DNA of 64,000 nucleotides from Methylophilaceae bacterium (GTDB lineage: Bacteria > Pseudomonadota > Gammaproteobacteria > Burkholderiales > Methylophilaceae). The notes beneath the pieces were generated by a model. It saw only the letters and a list, made by a program, of their open reading frames with translations, was not told the DNA's origin and did not search any database. The stretch's first letter is position 1. Every line of letters starts with the position of its first letter. The stretch covers positions 14,854-78,853 of the forward strand of contig DATHWE010000093.1 of the NCBI GenBank assembly GCA_035460905.1, in the 5' to 3' direction. Position numbers and translations under genes: made by a program. Below are positions 26,698-35,389 of the stretch, in pieces.

Positions 26698-27213
26698 ATG
26701 GACAACCCTTCGCGTGGCAAGATCTTCCGGCTATTGAGTGGCGGCCTGATTTTTGCGGGGGTGTTCCTGACGCTGCAATACCTCTATTTCAGCGGCGAGC
26801 ACAGTGAGTGGCGGCGGGTATTCATCGAGCAAATCACGCTGGGCCCCGTCATTGAGCTGATCAGGCTGATCTCGCCGGGTCAGGCGGTCACCGGCATGGA
26901 CGGCAGTATCGTGGCGCCCGGACTTCGCCTGTCGCTACGCACGGGATGCGACGGAGCCGATGCCATGATCCTGCTCGTGTCGGCCTTTGCCGCGGCTGGC
27001 CTGCACTGGAAACGGGCCGTTCCGGGTGTGATGGGCGGCCTGGCGCTGATCTTCGCTTTCAATCAGCTGCGTATCGCTGCTTTGTATTTTGCGTTTGCTT
27101 CCGACCGTACCTGGTTCGATCTGCTGCATGGCTTTGTCGGGCCTGTCCTGCTGATCGCATTGAGTGCGGCCTATTTCTTTTTCGTGCTTGAACATCGCCC
27201 GGCGGCGGCCTAA
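26698..27213 (+). CDS. Exosortase/archaeosortase-family protein (XrtH/XrtM-like)
   Basis: Multi-TM; Cys-Arg-His triad in TGCDG, FNQLRI and DLLHG. Confidence 0.8.
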   Translation: MDNPSRGKIFRLLSGGLIFAGVFLTLQYLYFSGEHSEWRRVFIEQITLGPVIELIRLISPGQAVTGMDGSIVAPGLRLSLRTGCDGADAMILLVSAFAAAGLHWKRAVPGVMGGLALIFAFNQLRIAALYFAFASDRTWFDLLHGFVGPVLLIALSAAYFFFVLEHRPAAA

Positions 27214-27875
27214 TTCATCCGCTCCATCATCGCCACCCACTGACCAAGGCTGGTTGTGTCGCCCAGGCGGCCATTTTGGCCACGCTGTTTGGCAGCCCAC
27301 AGACCGTCGGCGTTGAAGCTCATCGTGGGAATCAGATCTTTGCGGTGCGATGCCGGCTGGATTTCATCGCGCAGGTTGTCGAGAATCAAGGGTTCGGCAT
27401 CCGGGGTGGCATAGTAGGTCAGTACCATGTGCGGCTCCATTTTTCTGGATTTCTGCAACCATGCCTTGACGTAAGTCACCCGCAGGCGTTCTTCCGGTAC
27501 GCCGGCTGATTTGAGGGTGAAGTATTTGGCGAGAGCGTAATCCTCGCAATCACCACCGTTCAGCGCGAGCAACTCCAGCGGGGTTTCCCAGTAATCCGGC
27601 ACGCCCCATTGCAGCTGGTCATCCCGATAGGGAATGCTGTTGAAGAAAAGATTGATGGCCTCCAGCCGTGCCGTTTCCTCTTGATGCTGCACTTGCAGCA
27701 TGAGATCTCCCCAGTTTTTGACGCGCTCGCTGGCGGGATCGCCGAATTTTTCGCGGATGCGCGCGATCGTTTCCAGATCGGGAAGCAGCCCGATCGCCCA
27801 GGTATTAATCGCGATGGCCAGCAATGCCAAGGCATACGGCAGCGGCGCGAATCTTGTTGTTCTTTTAGCTTGCAA
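27210..27875 (-). CDS. LapG-like periplasmic transglutaminase-like cysteine peptidase (BTLCP, C93)
   Basis: INLFFN...WGVPDYWETPLE...GDCEDYALAKY...HMVL...LILDNL. Confidence 0.9.
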   Translation of the reverse strand: MQAKRTTRFAPLPYALALLAIAINTWAIGLLPDLETIARIREKFGDPASERVKNWGDLMLQVQHQEETARLEAINLFFNSIPYRDDQLQWGVPDYWETPLELLALNGGDCEDYALAKYFTLKSAGVPEERLRVTYVKAWLQKSRKMEPHMVLTYYATPDAEPLILDNLRDEIQPASHRKDLIPTMSFNADGLWAAKQRGQNGRLGDTTSLGQWVAMMERMN

Positions 27876-27992
27876 TGAAACTCCCCGGGTCGAACGTCGC
27901 GGGACTCTAGCATCGCCATGTTGCAGTTATATGTGTCATACGGATTACATATTGCTCATGAATGATCATCGGATTTGACTCTATTCGATTCT

Positions 27993-28589
27993 ATGCAGCC
28001 CTGGCGTTTTTCCATATTCCTGCGTGCATTGCCGACACTGCTCGCGAGCCTCGGCCTGGCCGGTTTTTTCCTGACGAAGTATGCGACATGGATGCTGCCC
28101 GTTGTGCGCCACGCGTTGGGCTGGTGGTCGCCGCAATTCGATGTGCTGGATGTGCAGGTGCTGAGCCGAGGTGTGGATACAGTCATCGAGGCGGCACTGA
28201 TGACCCGCGAGCATTTCGTTTTTTACGGGCATGTAATTCCTTCCGGAGGCATCATCACTACCTCGACACTGGCCGGGCACATGCTGGTTCATGTGGTGCT
28301 GTTGACGGTATTTCTGGCAGCATGGCCTGCTCGACTCCGGCTGGAGTGGGTGCTGAGATTGGCCGCTGCAATTCCGGCGCTATTCATGCTTGCATGGATC
28401 GATGTGCCGCTGATCATGACGGGCAGCATGCATGCCTTGATTCTGGAAAACGTGGCGCCGACGTCCTTATCCACGGCCCGGCTCGTGCTGGCCATGGAGT
28501 TTCTCGAGAACGGCGGCCGGTATGTGCTGATCCTGCTGACGGGCTGTCTGGTCGTTTTCCTGTGCCGCAAAGCGGTGCGGCAGTCCTAA
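27993..28589 (+). CDS. Membrane protein, possibly exosortase H-associated
   Basis: Multi-TM with no catalytic Cys motif; lies between the exosortase and the IPTL-CTERM target (context inference). Confidence 0.55.
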   Translation: MQPWRFSIFLRALPTLLASLGLAGFFLTKYATWMLPVVRHALGWWSPQFDVLDVQVLSRGVDTVIEAALMTREHFVFYGHVIPSGGIITTSTLAGHMLVHVVLLTVFLAAWPARLRLEWVLRLAAAIPALFMLAWIDVPLIMTGSMHALILENVAPTSLSTARLVLAMEFLENGGRYVLILLTGCLVVFLCRKAVRQS

Positions 28590-28596
28590 CGGACTA
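28581..28596. promoter_or_regulatory. Palindromic box CAGTCC-TAAC-GGACTA
   Basis: 5/6 palindrome about 45 bp upstream of the S8 gene, overlapping the preceding stop codon. Confidence 0.55.
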
Positions 28597-28640
28597 GGGC
28601 AGGGCATCAACCTGTCATGCATGGCCGTTAGGCTGCTTGC

Positions 28641-30809
28641 ATGTACACATTCCTCCGAATCCCGGTAACGTTGCTGCTGGTGCTGCCTCTCCATGCCTGG
28701 GCTGTCAGCCCCGCGGACAAACTGGCCGAAGACATGACCGCGCCTCTCGACAGAGGCGTGCCCGTACGTGTGATTGTACAGATTGACGCTGGAGACGAAA
28801 CCGTTCCGGTTGAGGATCCTGTGCGGCGCAGCCACTACAACGAAGTTCGCGCGAGGGTGCTGTCGGAACTGCCGGTCGACGGATATGACAAAGCCCGTTC
28901 GTTTTCCCACCTGCCCATGATGAGTGTGCGCATCAAGAATCGCAATGCGTTGGACAAGCTGCTGGAGCACTCCGATGTCGTGACCGTTTTTCCGGACAAG
29001 CCGCACAAGGCAATGCTCGCCCAAAGCCTTCCCTTGATCGGGCAGACGCCCGTCGCAAACGTGATGGCGCGTGCCGGCGCCAACACAACCGTGGCGGTGC
29101 TTGATACCGGCGGGATGTATACGCGCCCGGAATTCGGAAGCTGTACTGCCGTAGGCGCGCCTTCGACCTGCAAGGTGGTGGCCGCACAGGATTTCGCCTA
29201 TCCCGACGACATCCTGGACGACAACGGCAGCGGCCTGGAGGGCATAGGCCACGGTACGGAAGTGGCCGCGACGGTAGCAGGAGTCGCGCCTGCGACAAAA
29301 TTCGCGCTGCTGGACGTTTTCGATGGCGAGGATGCCTGGAGCGTGGATATTATCGACGCCATCAACTGGTCGATCGCCAACAAGGATGCTTATGCAATCG
29401 CGGCGATCAACATGAGTCTCGGCGATGGCACGCTCAATACAGCTACCTGCAGCAAGTCCAGCGGAGTGGGAGCGAATCCCTTCGTCACGCCGATACGTAC
29501 TGCCCGCAATGCGGGCATCGTCGTCGTCATCGCTTCGGGAAACGAAGGCTACAGCAACGGTTTGGCCTCGCCTGCCTGCGTGCCGGAATCCCTGTCCGTA
29601 GGCTCCGTCTACGACGCCACTATCGGCGGTGTTGCCTGGGGTGTCTGTACCGATGCGACTACCGCCGCGGACAAGGTGGCCTGCTATTCCAATAGCGCCA
29701 ACTTTCTGGATTTGCTGGCACCCGGTTCTGCCATCACTGTTGCCGGTAATACCGTACATGGCACTTCCCTGGCGGCTCCGATGGCGGCGGGGGCGGTAGC
29801 CGTGCTGAAGGGCGCCTACCCATCGGAAACGCCTGCCCAGATCGAGGCGCGCATTACCTCTGCCGGTGTTCCGGTCACGGATGCCCGCAACGCGCTCGCC
29901 AAGCCCAGGCTCAACCTCCTGGCGGCACAGGGTGCACCGGTCAACGATGGGTTTTCCTCGGCTATTGCGCTATCCGGAAATCAGGCTGCCGTCTCGGGCT
30001 GGAACTTCAACGCCACGTCCGAATCCGGGGAGCCCCTCCATGCAGGGCAAGCGGGCGGGCGGTCGATCTGGTGGACGTGGGTAGCGCCGGGCAACGGCAC
30101 ATTGTCGCTCGATACGCAAAACAGCGGCGTCGATACCTTGCTGGCGGTTTACACCGGAACGACAGTCGGTGCGCTGGTTCAAGTCGCTGCGAACGACAAC
30201 GGGGCGGGGGGGAGCGGGGGCAGCAGCGCCGCCAGCATGAATGTGAGCGCCGGAACCACCTACCACATTGCGGTCGATGGCAAGAGTGGCGTGGCGGGTA
30301 GTGTTGCCTTGCAACTGACATTCGCGCAGACGGTGCCTTCCGCCGATCTTGCGCTGACGATCTCCGGCCCCGCAAGCGCTGTCGAGGCTGGCCAGCAAAC
30401 CAGCTATAGCGTGACAGTAACGAATGCCGGCCCGGATATTGCCCAGAATGCGATGGTAAGCTTGAATTACCCGTCAGGTTGGACGCTTGCAGGTGGAAGT
30501 TGTGTGGAGATTGCCGCCCAGACCGTGCAATGCAACCTGGGAAATATTCCGGCCGGACAGGCCGCAATGACGATGCAGGCATTCAATACAGGCTCCCAGG
30601 CCGGAACATTCCAGATGATCGCAACCGTGGCGTCCGACACCGCGGACCCGCTCCAGGCCAACAATGCCGACACCACGGATACTACGCTGACGCAGCCGTC
30701 CGCAACGAGCGTTAATGAGGGCGATGTACCTACGCTGACCGAATGGGCTGCGATATTGATGGCGGCCATGCTGTTCGGCATCTCGGCTCGTCGCAGAATG
30801 GCCATCTGA
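28641..30809 (+). CDS. S8 subtilase with accessory beta-domains (incl. DUF11-like) and IPTL-CTERM sorting signal
   Basis: VLDTG / GHGT / GTSLAAP triad; ADLALT...VTNAGP (DUF11-like); C-terminal VPTLTEWAAILMAAMLFGISARRR. Confidence 0.9.
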   Translation: MYTFLRIPVTLLLVLPLHAWAVSPADKLAEDMTAPLDRGVPVRVIVQIDAGDETVPVEDPVRRSHYNEVRARVLSELPVDGYDKARSFSHLPMMSVRIKNRNALDKLLEHSDVVTVFPDKPHKAMLAQSLPLIGQTPVANVMARAGANTTVAVLDTGGMYTRPEFGSCTAVGAPSTCKVVAAQDFAYPDDILDDNGSGLEGIGHGTEVAATVAGVAPATKFALLDVFDGEDAWSVDIIDAINWSIANKDAYAIAAINMSLGDGTLNTATCSKSSGVGANPFVTPIRTARNAGIVVVIASGNEGYSNGLASPACVPESLSVGSVYDATIGGVAWGVCTDATTAADKVACYSNSANFLDLLAPGSAITVAGNTVHGTSLAAPMAAGAVAVLKGAYPSETPAQIEARITSAGVPVTDARNALAKPRLNLLAAQGAPVNDGFSSAIALSGNQAAVSGWNFNATSESGEPLHAGQAGGRSIWWTWVAPGNGTLSLDTQNSGVDTLLAVYTGTTVGALVQVAANDNGAGGSGGSSAASMNVSAGTTYHIAVDGKSGVAGSVALQLTFAQTVPSADLALTISGPASAVEAGQQTSYSVTVTNAGPDIAQNAMVSLNYPSGWTLAGGSCVEIAAQTVQCNLGNIPAGQAAMTMQAFNTGSQAGTFQMIATVASDTADPLQANNADTTDTTLTQPSATSVNEGDVPTLTEWAAILMAAMLFGISARRRMAI

Positions 30810-30973
30810 CATGTCACTCGAACCCAGGGAATATTACGAATTCTTGAAGGCGAAATAGTCCGATACCGATGCAATACCTAGTCCGAATTGCGCTCGCGCA
30901 AGGTAGATGCCTGCCTCCTGCTTGCGCACAATGACGTACACAGGGAGTAATTTTTTAGACTAGGAGTATTACC

Positions 30974-31552
30974 GTGAAAAAGCTGTTCAACATTGTTTCC
31001 CGGAGCGTTGCCATTACAGCCGCTCTGTTTTTTACGTCGCAGGCGTCTGCCATGACGTTCGAGATCAACCAGGAATTGAATGGTGGCGCGGTCACCAAAG
31101 TGGCTACACTCAGTATCGAACAGTCTGGTGAGGACGCATTGTTCACCCTGACCGGCAGTTTCGATGATCTTTCCGGACAAGCCTTTCTCAAGGAAATCTT
31201 TTTTACCGGCACCGGCGGCGAATTCGTGACAGGCGATGGCAACACCATCCTCGGCGCGCCTAAAACCGCTTTCATCGCCGACGGCGGCACCAATGCCAGC
31301 GTGTTCTACAACTGGCGCGTCCGTTTCCCTACCGCCAACAATTCGGATCGCTTCACGGGTGAGGATGTCGCCACCTGGACGATCAAGGGCGTGCAAGCGA
31401 CCGATTTCAGCAATCCGATGATCAAGTTGAACGGCTCCGGCGGCCTGACTCATGCCGTAGCCATCAGCCCGGTCCCGGAGGCGGATTCCTGGATGATGCT
31501 GATCGCCGGTATGGGTGTACTCGGCTTCTCGCTGCGTCGCCGCGCCAAGTAA
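30974..31552 (+). CDS. PEP-CTERM sorting-domain protein
   Basis: AGGAG RBS, GTG start, signal peptide, PVPEADSWMMLIAGMGVLGFSLRRRAK. Confidence 0.92.
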   Translation: MKKLFNIVSRSVAITAALFFTSQASAMTFEINQELNGGAVTKVATLSIEQSGEDALFTLTGSFDDLSGQAFLKEIFFTGTGGEFVTGDGNTILGAPKTAFIADGGTNASVFYNWRVRFPTANNSDRFTGEDVATWTIKGVQATDFSNPMIKLNGSGGLTHAVAISPVPEADSWMMLIAGMGVLGFSLRRRAK

Positions 31553-31592
31553 TTCTATTAAGCATGCTGCCCTGTTCCGGTTGCTTATCGAG

Positions 31593-31622
31593 CCCGATCA
31601 TGAGGATAACTTCATGATCGGG
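31593..31622. repeat. Intergenic hairpin with no U-tract
   Basis: CCCGATCATGAGG-ATAA-CTTCATGATCGGG. Confidence 0.6.
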
Positions 31623-31682
31623 ATAGTCCATATTCCCGTAACAATCACGCACTAGCATCGCCGTTTTTTGTGCGGAGTACGC

Positions 31683-32366
31683 ATGTTTAGCCAGCAGGCC
31701 TCTGCGGCAACGCGAATTCTTCCCTTCGCCGTTTATATCCTCTTTCTTGCACTCGACCAGCCGCTCTCGCAAATGATGAGCGCGGCTGGCCTGGATGCGC
31801 GCTGGTTATACGGTTATCGCGTCGGTTGTGTTGCGATGCTGCTGACATGGCTGTGGAGGCAATACCGGGAACTGATTTGGCCTTTTGCCGTGCGGATGCA
31901 GGGATGGCTGGCGGCATTGGCTGTGGGCACGGCCGTGTTCGCACTCTGGATTTTTCCTTATCCGGATTGGGCCGTGATGGGTGGGGCGGGCAGAGGGTTC
32001 AGTCCGCTTCATGCAGATGGAAAAAGCATCGATCCCTGGCTGGCGGCGATGCGGGTTGCCGGTGCAGCGTTGGTTGTGCCGCTGATGGAAGAGTTGTTCT
32101 GGCGCTCATTCCTGATGCGCTGGCTGGATCACCAGGATTTTCTGAATGTCGATCCCGCCCGCATCAGCCTGCGCGCGCTGGCTGTCAGCTCGGTTTTGTT
32201 TGCCGTCGAGCACAGCCTGTGGCTGGCGGGGCTACTGGCAGGATTGGCATATGGCTGGCTCTACATGCGTTATCGCAAGCTGTGGGTTCCGGTCGGGGCG
32301 CATGCGGTCACCAACGGCCTGCTCGGCTTATGGGTCATTCAAACAGGTTCATGGACATATTGGTGA
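31683..32366 (+). CDS. PEP-CTERM-associated CAAX prenyl protease-related protein
   Basis: PLMEELFWRSFL, FAVEH and AHAVTN CPBP motifs. Confidence 0.9.
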   Translation: MFSQQASAATRILPFAVYILFLALDQPLSQMMSAAGLDARWLYGYRVGCVAMLLTWLWRQYRELIWPFAVRMQGWLAALAVGTAVFALWIFPYPDWAVMGGAGRGFSPLHADGKSIDPWLAAMRVAGAALVVPLMEELFWRSFLMRWLDHQDFLNVDPARISLRALAVSSVLFAVEHSLWLAGLLAGLAYGWLYMRYRKLWVPVGAHAVTNGLLGLWVIQTGSWTYW

Positions 32367-33574
32367 TGGCACGAAAATACCGATCGATCACGGCGCTGGC
32401 CCTGAGCCTTATTTCTGCCGCCCATGCGCACGCGGAAGGCATGCTCGAACTGGAGCCTTACGTCAGCGCCGGCATGACCTACGACGATAACGTGTTTCGG
32501 GTGTCGGGCAAAAACGAAGCGCGCGCGCTGCTGGGCGACGACGCCACCTCCGATACGACGCAGCGCCTGGAGGCGGGCATCCATGCCGATTTGAAACTCA
32601 GCCGCCAGCATTTCCGACTGGACCTGAGCGCAAACCAGAGCCGATTTGACCGATTCGGATTCCTCGACAACGAAGGCGACTCGAGCAAGCTGGCGTGGGA
32701 TTGGCAGTTTGGAAACCATCTGGGCGGAGCGTTGAGCGTCAGCGAAGATACCTCGATGGGGGGCTTCACGGAGTTGCAGAATCCCGTGCTCAACATGCGT
32801 ACGCGCAAGCGGCAGCTGGCGACGGTCAATTGGGGTTTGCATCCGCGCTGGCGTCTTCGTGCGATCGGCGAGGAGGTGGATGTCGAAAACAGTCTTGAAA
32901 GTTATCGCTCTTCCGACCGCACCGAATCGATACGCGAAATCGGCGTGCAGCACCGGACACCTCAAGGGAGCCAGGTCGGCCTGTTCGGCCGCCAGATCGA
33001 TTCGGAATACGCCCAGCGCGACGTGTTCTCTCTCGTGCTTTTCGGCAATGCGAACCGCCAGCAGGAACTGGGCGTGGATCTCGCCTGGGTTCCGGGAGGA
33101 AAATCCCGTGTGGAAGGGCGGTTTGCCAGGGTAGAGCGCAAATACGAAGAGCTTTCGGGCCGGGATTTCAGCGGTTGGAGTGGGCGAGCAAGCGTGTTCT
33201 GGCAAGCTACCGGCAAGACGGCCATGAGTCTTTCGGCGGCACGGGATATTTACGGTGTGGATGACCTGGCGGCCACCTATGCGCAAACAGACACCCTCAG
33301 CTTTATTCCATCCTGGATGCCAACTTCCAAGATATCCGTGCAGGGGCGCGCCACTTACGAGCGGCGCAATTACCTCGGCGATCCCAGCCTGGTCATCGCC
33401 GGTGCCGAGCAGCGTGAGGATATCGTGAAAGTGGCGGGGCTGAGCGTGTCCTATGTTCCGTACTACAAAGTCAGCATGCAGCTCTCGTGGCAAACGGAAT
33501 CCCGTGAATCTTCGGTACGCGGGGCGGGCTACGATGCCAGTTCGCTGACCGCCAATCTGCGCGCCGAATTCTGA
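32366..33574 (+). CDS. epsL: XrtB/PEP-CTERM-associated outer-membrane beta-barrel EpsL
   Basis: TGATG coupling to the upstream gene, signal peptide, TYDDNVFR motif, C-terminal F, eps context. Confidence 0.8.
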   Translation: MARKYRSITALALSLISAAHAHAEGMLELEPYVSAGMTYDDNVFRVSGKNEARALLGDDATSDTTQRLEAGIHADLKLSRQHFRLDLSANQSRFDRFGFLDNEGDSSKLAWDWQFGNHLGGALSVSEDTSMGGFTELQNPVLNMRTRKRQLATVNWGLHPRWRLRAIGEEVDVENSLESYRSSDRTESIREIGVQHRTPQGSQVGLFGRQIDSEYAQRDVFSLVLFGNANRQQELGVDLAWVPGGKSRVEGRFARVERKYEELSGRDFSGWSGRASVFWQATGKTAMSLSAARDIYGVDDLAATYAQTDTLSFIPSWMPTSKISVQGRATYERRNYLGDPSLVIAGAEQREDIVKVAGLSVSYVPYYKVSMQLSWQTESRESSVRGAGYDASSLTANLRAEF

Positions 33575-33588
33575 CTGCCTCCCGTGCA

Positions 33589-33604
33589 TGAGCCGTTCGG
33601 CTCA
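33589..33604. promoter_or_regulatory. Perfect palindromic box TGAGCC-GTTC-GGCTCA
   Basis: Extends to ATGAGCCG-TT-CGGCTCAT; about 110 bp upstream of a PEP-CTERM gene. Confidence 0.55.
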
Positions 33605-33715
33605 TCTTTGCATCCGGCCTGTTAACGGCTGTGTCACGGCATGACATTAGCATCGATCCATTGCCTCAACGAGGCTAGCCGAACATCATCTCCATCATCA
33701 ACCAGGGATAGCGCA

Positions 33716-35212
33716 ATGAAGAAAACCATTGTTTCCGCAGCGCTTGCTGCTCTTTTCGTGCCGGCGTTGGCCTCTGCCGCCGATTTCACTTTCAGCCAGG
33801 AGTGGACCTACAACCACGCCTTGACCGGCGTGGCCGGCCAGACTTCCGAAATTTCCGCGTTCGACACCACGACCAATTCCCTCTGGGTCGTCGGCATCGT
33901 CGGCGTGGATGTGCTGGACGCCAGCACCGGCAGCCTGCTGCAGCACATCGATACGACCGCACTTGGCAGCGTCAACAGCGTCGCCATTTACAATGGTCTG
34001 GCAGCATTCGCAATCGAGTCCGGTGCCGATCGCACATCGGCCGGCACCGTGCAGTTCTATGACACCACCACACGCGCGCTCAGCTCCGGCATTAATTCGA
34101 TCGCTGTCGGCGCATTGCCCGACATGCTGACCTTCACCGCCGACGGCAGCAAACTGCTGGTCGCTAACGAAGCCACTCCAACGACTTATGGCGGCTTCGA
34201 CCCCGTCGGCAGCGTCAGCATTATCGACATGGGCACGCGCACCGTTGCCGCCACGGCCGGCTTCACCGGTGTTAGCACGACTGGCAGTTATCTGCGTACC
34301 AATACCGGCATGGATTTCGAGCCGGAATACATCACGGTGAATGCCGCCGGTACGCAAGCCTATGTTTCGCTGCAGGAAGCCAACGGCATGGCCGTGCTGG
34401 ATCTGACGACCAACTCCTTCACCAGTATCATCGGTCTTGGCGCCAAGGATTTCAGTGCTGCAGGCAACTACATCGACCCGAACGACCGCGACTACATTTC
34501 CGGCACCAGCGGCCCGACCAAGACCGAACTGCGCTCCGTGAACGTCAAAGGCCTGTACCAGCCCGACGGGATGGCGGCTTACGATGTCGGCGGCCAGACC
34601 TATATCGTGATGGCCAACGAAGGCGACACGCGCGAGGACGACGGCGACAAGGCGCGTGCTTCCACCATTTCCGGAACCCCGACCGATGCAAAGCGCCTGA
34701 ATATTTCCACCACGGATTCAACCTCCGGCAATCTGGTCATGTTCGGAGCGCGCTCGTTCTCGATCCGTGACGCCTCTGGCAGCATCGTTTTCGACAGCGG
34801 CAGCGAACTTGATGCCAAGGCTATCGAACTCGGCATTTACGACGACACTCGCAGCGACGATAAAGGCGTCGAACCCGAAGGCGTGGAGCTGATCACCATC
34901 GGCGGTCGCACGCTGGCTTTCATCGGTCTCGAACGCACCCTGAAAAGCGCGGTTGCCGTCTATGACGTCACTGACCCTGCCAATGCCAGCTTCCTGGACA
35001 TGCTCGTCACCGAAGGCGACATTGCTCCGGAAGGTCTCATGGCTTACGAGAAGGACGGCCGCTTCTTCATTGCGATTAGCAACGAGGTTTCCGGCACGAC
35101 CACGGTTTACAGCATGGCGCCCGTGCCCGAGCCGGAAACTTACGCGATGCTGCTCGCCGGTCTCGGCATGGTCGGCTTCGTGGCACGCCGCAGAAACAAT
35201 CGCAAGGCATGA
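33716..35212 (+). CDS. Choice-of-anchor I beta-propeller protein with PEP-CTERM tail
   Basis: VGALPDMLTFTADG, FEPEYI, YQPDG, ANEGDTR, RSDDKGVEPE, SNEVSGTT; tail PVPEPETYAMLLAGLGMVGFVARRR. Confidence 0.88.
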   Translation: MKKTIVSAALAALFVPALASAADFTFSQEWTYNHALTGVAGQTSEISAFDTTTNSLWVVGIVGVDVLDASTGSLLQHIDTTALGSVNSVAIYNGLAAFAIESGADRTSAGTVQFYDTTTRALSSGINSIAVGALPDMLTFTADGSKLLVANEATPTTYGGFDPVGSVSIIDMGTRTVAATAGFTGVSTTGSYLRTNTGMDFEPEYITVNAAGTQAYVSLQEANGMAVLDLTTNSFTSIIGLGAKDFSAAGNYIDPNDRDYISGTSGPTKTELRSVNVKGLYQPDGMAAYDVGGQTYIVMANEGDTREDDGDKARASTISGTPTDAKRLNISTTDSTSGNLVMFGARSFSIRDASGSIVFDSGSELDAKAIELGIYDDTRSDDKGVEPEGVELITIGGRTLAFIGLERTLKSAVAVYDVTDPANASFLDMLVTEGDIAPEGLMAYEKDGRFFIAISNEVSGTTTVYSMAPVPEPETYAMLLAGLGMVGFVARRRNNRKA

Positions 35213-35245
35213 TGAGTTGCGGGATAGTCCAGGCTATCCCGCTTC

Positions 35246-35263
35246 ATGTCATCGAATTGTCAT
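35246..35263 (+). promoter_or_regulatory. Pho-box-like direct repeat ATGTCAT-CGAA-TTGTCAT
   Basis: Two TGTCAT units at 11-bp period. Confidence 0.45.
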
Positions 35264-35271
35264 GAAAAACG

Positions 35272-35304
35272 AAACGCCCTAGTTCTTTCGGACTAGGGCG
35301 TTTT
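35272..35304 (+). terminator. Terminator-like hairpin whose core is the palindromic box TAGTTC-TTTC-GGACTA (35280-35295)
   Basis: AAACGCCCTAGTTC-TTTC-GGACTAGGGCGTTTT. Confidence 0.65.
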
Positions 35305-35389
35305 CAAATCCGCTTCATACCCATCAGCCAAACTGACGGCTAAAAATCATTAAAAAAATAATAATTCACTTTAACTAAGGGTTGGATCG

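Noticed and set aside
27932-27950. TGTGTC-ATAC-GGATTA / GTGTCAT-ACGG-ATTACAT as an extra box or Pho box
   Set aside because: Too degenerate to distinguish from chance
28622-28636. Possible sigma54 promoter TGGCCG-N5-CTGC
   Set aside because: Poor match, and the TSS would fall inside the CDS; no good -24/-12 motif seen before the PEP-CTERM genes I checked
31826-32365. Long N-terminal extension of EpsL
   Set aside because: Overlaps the CAAX protease in another frame; TGATG coupling and a signal peptide support a start at 32366
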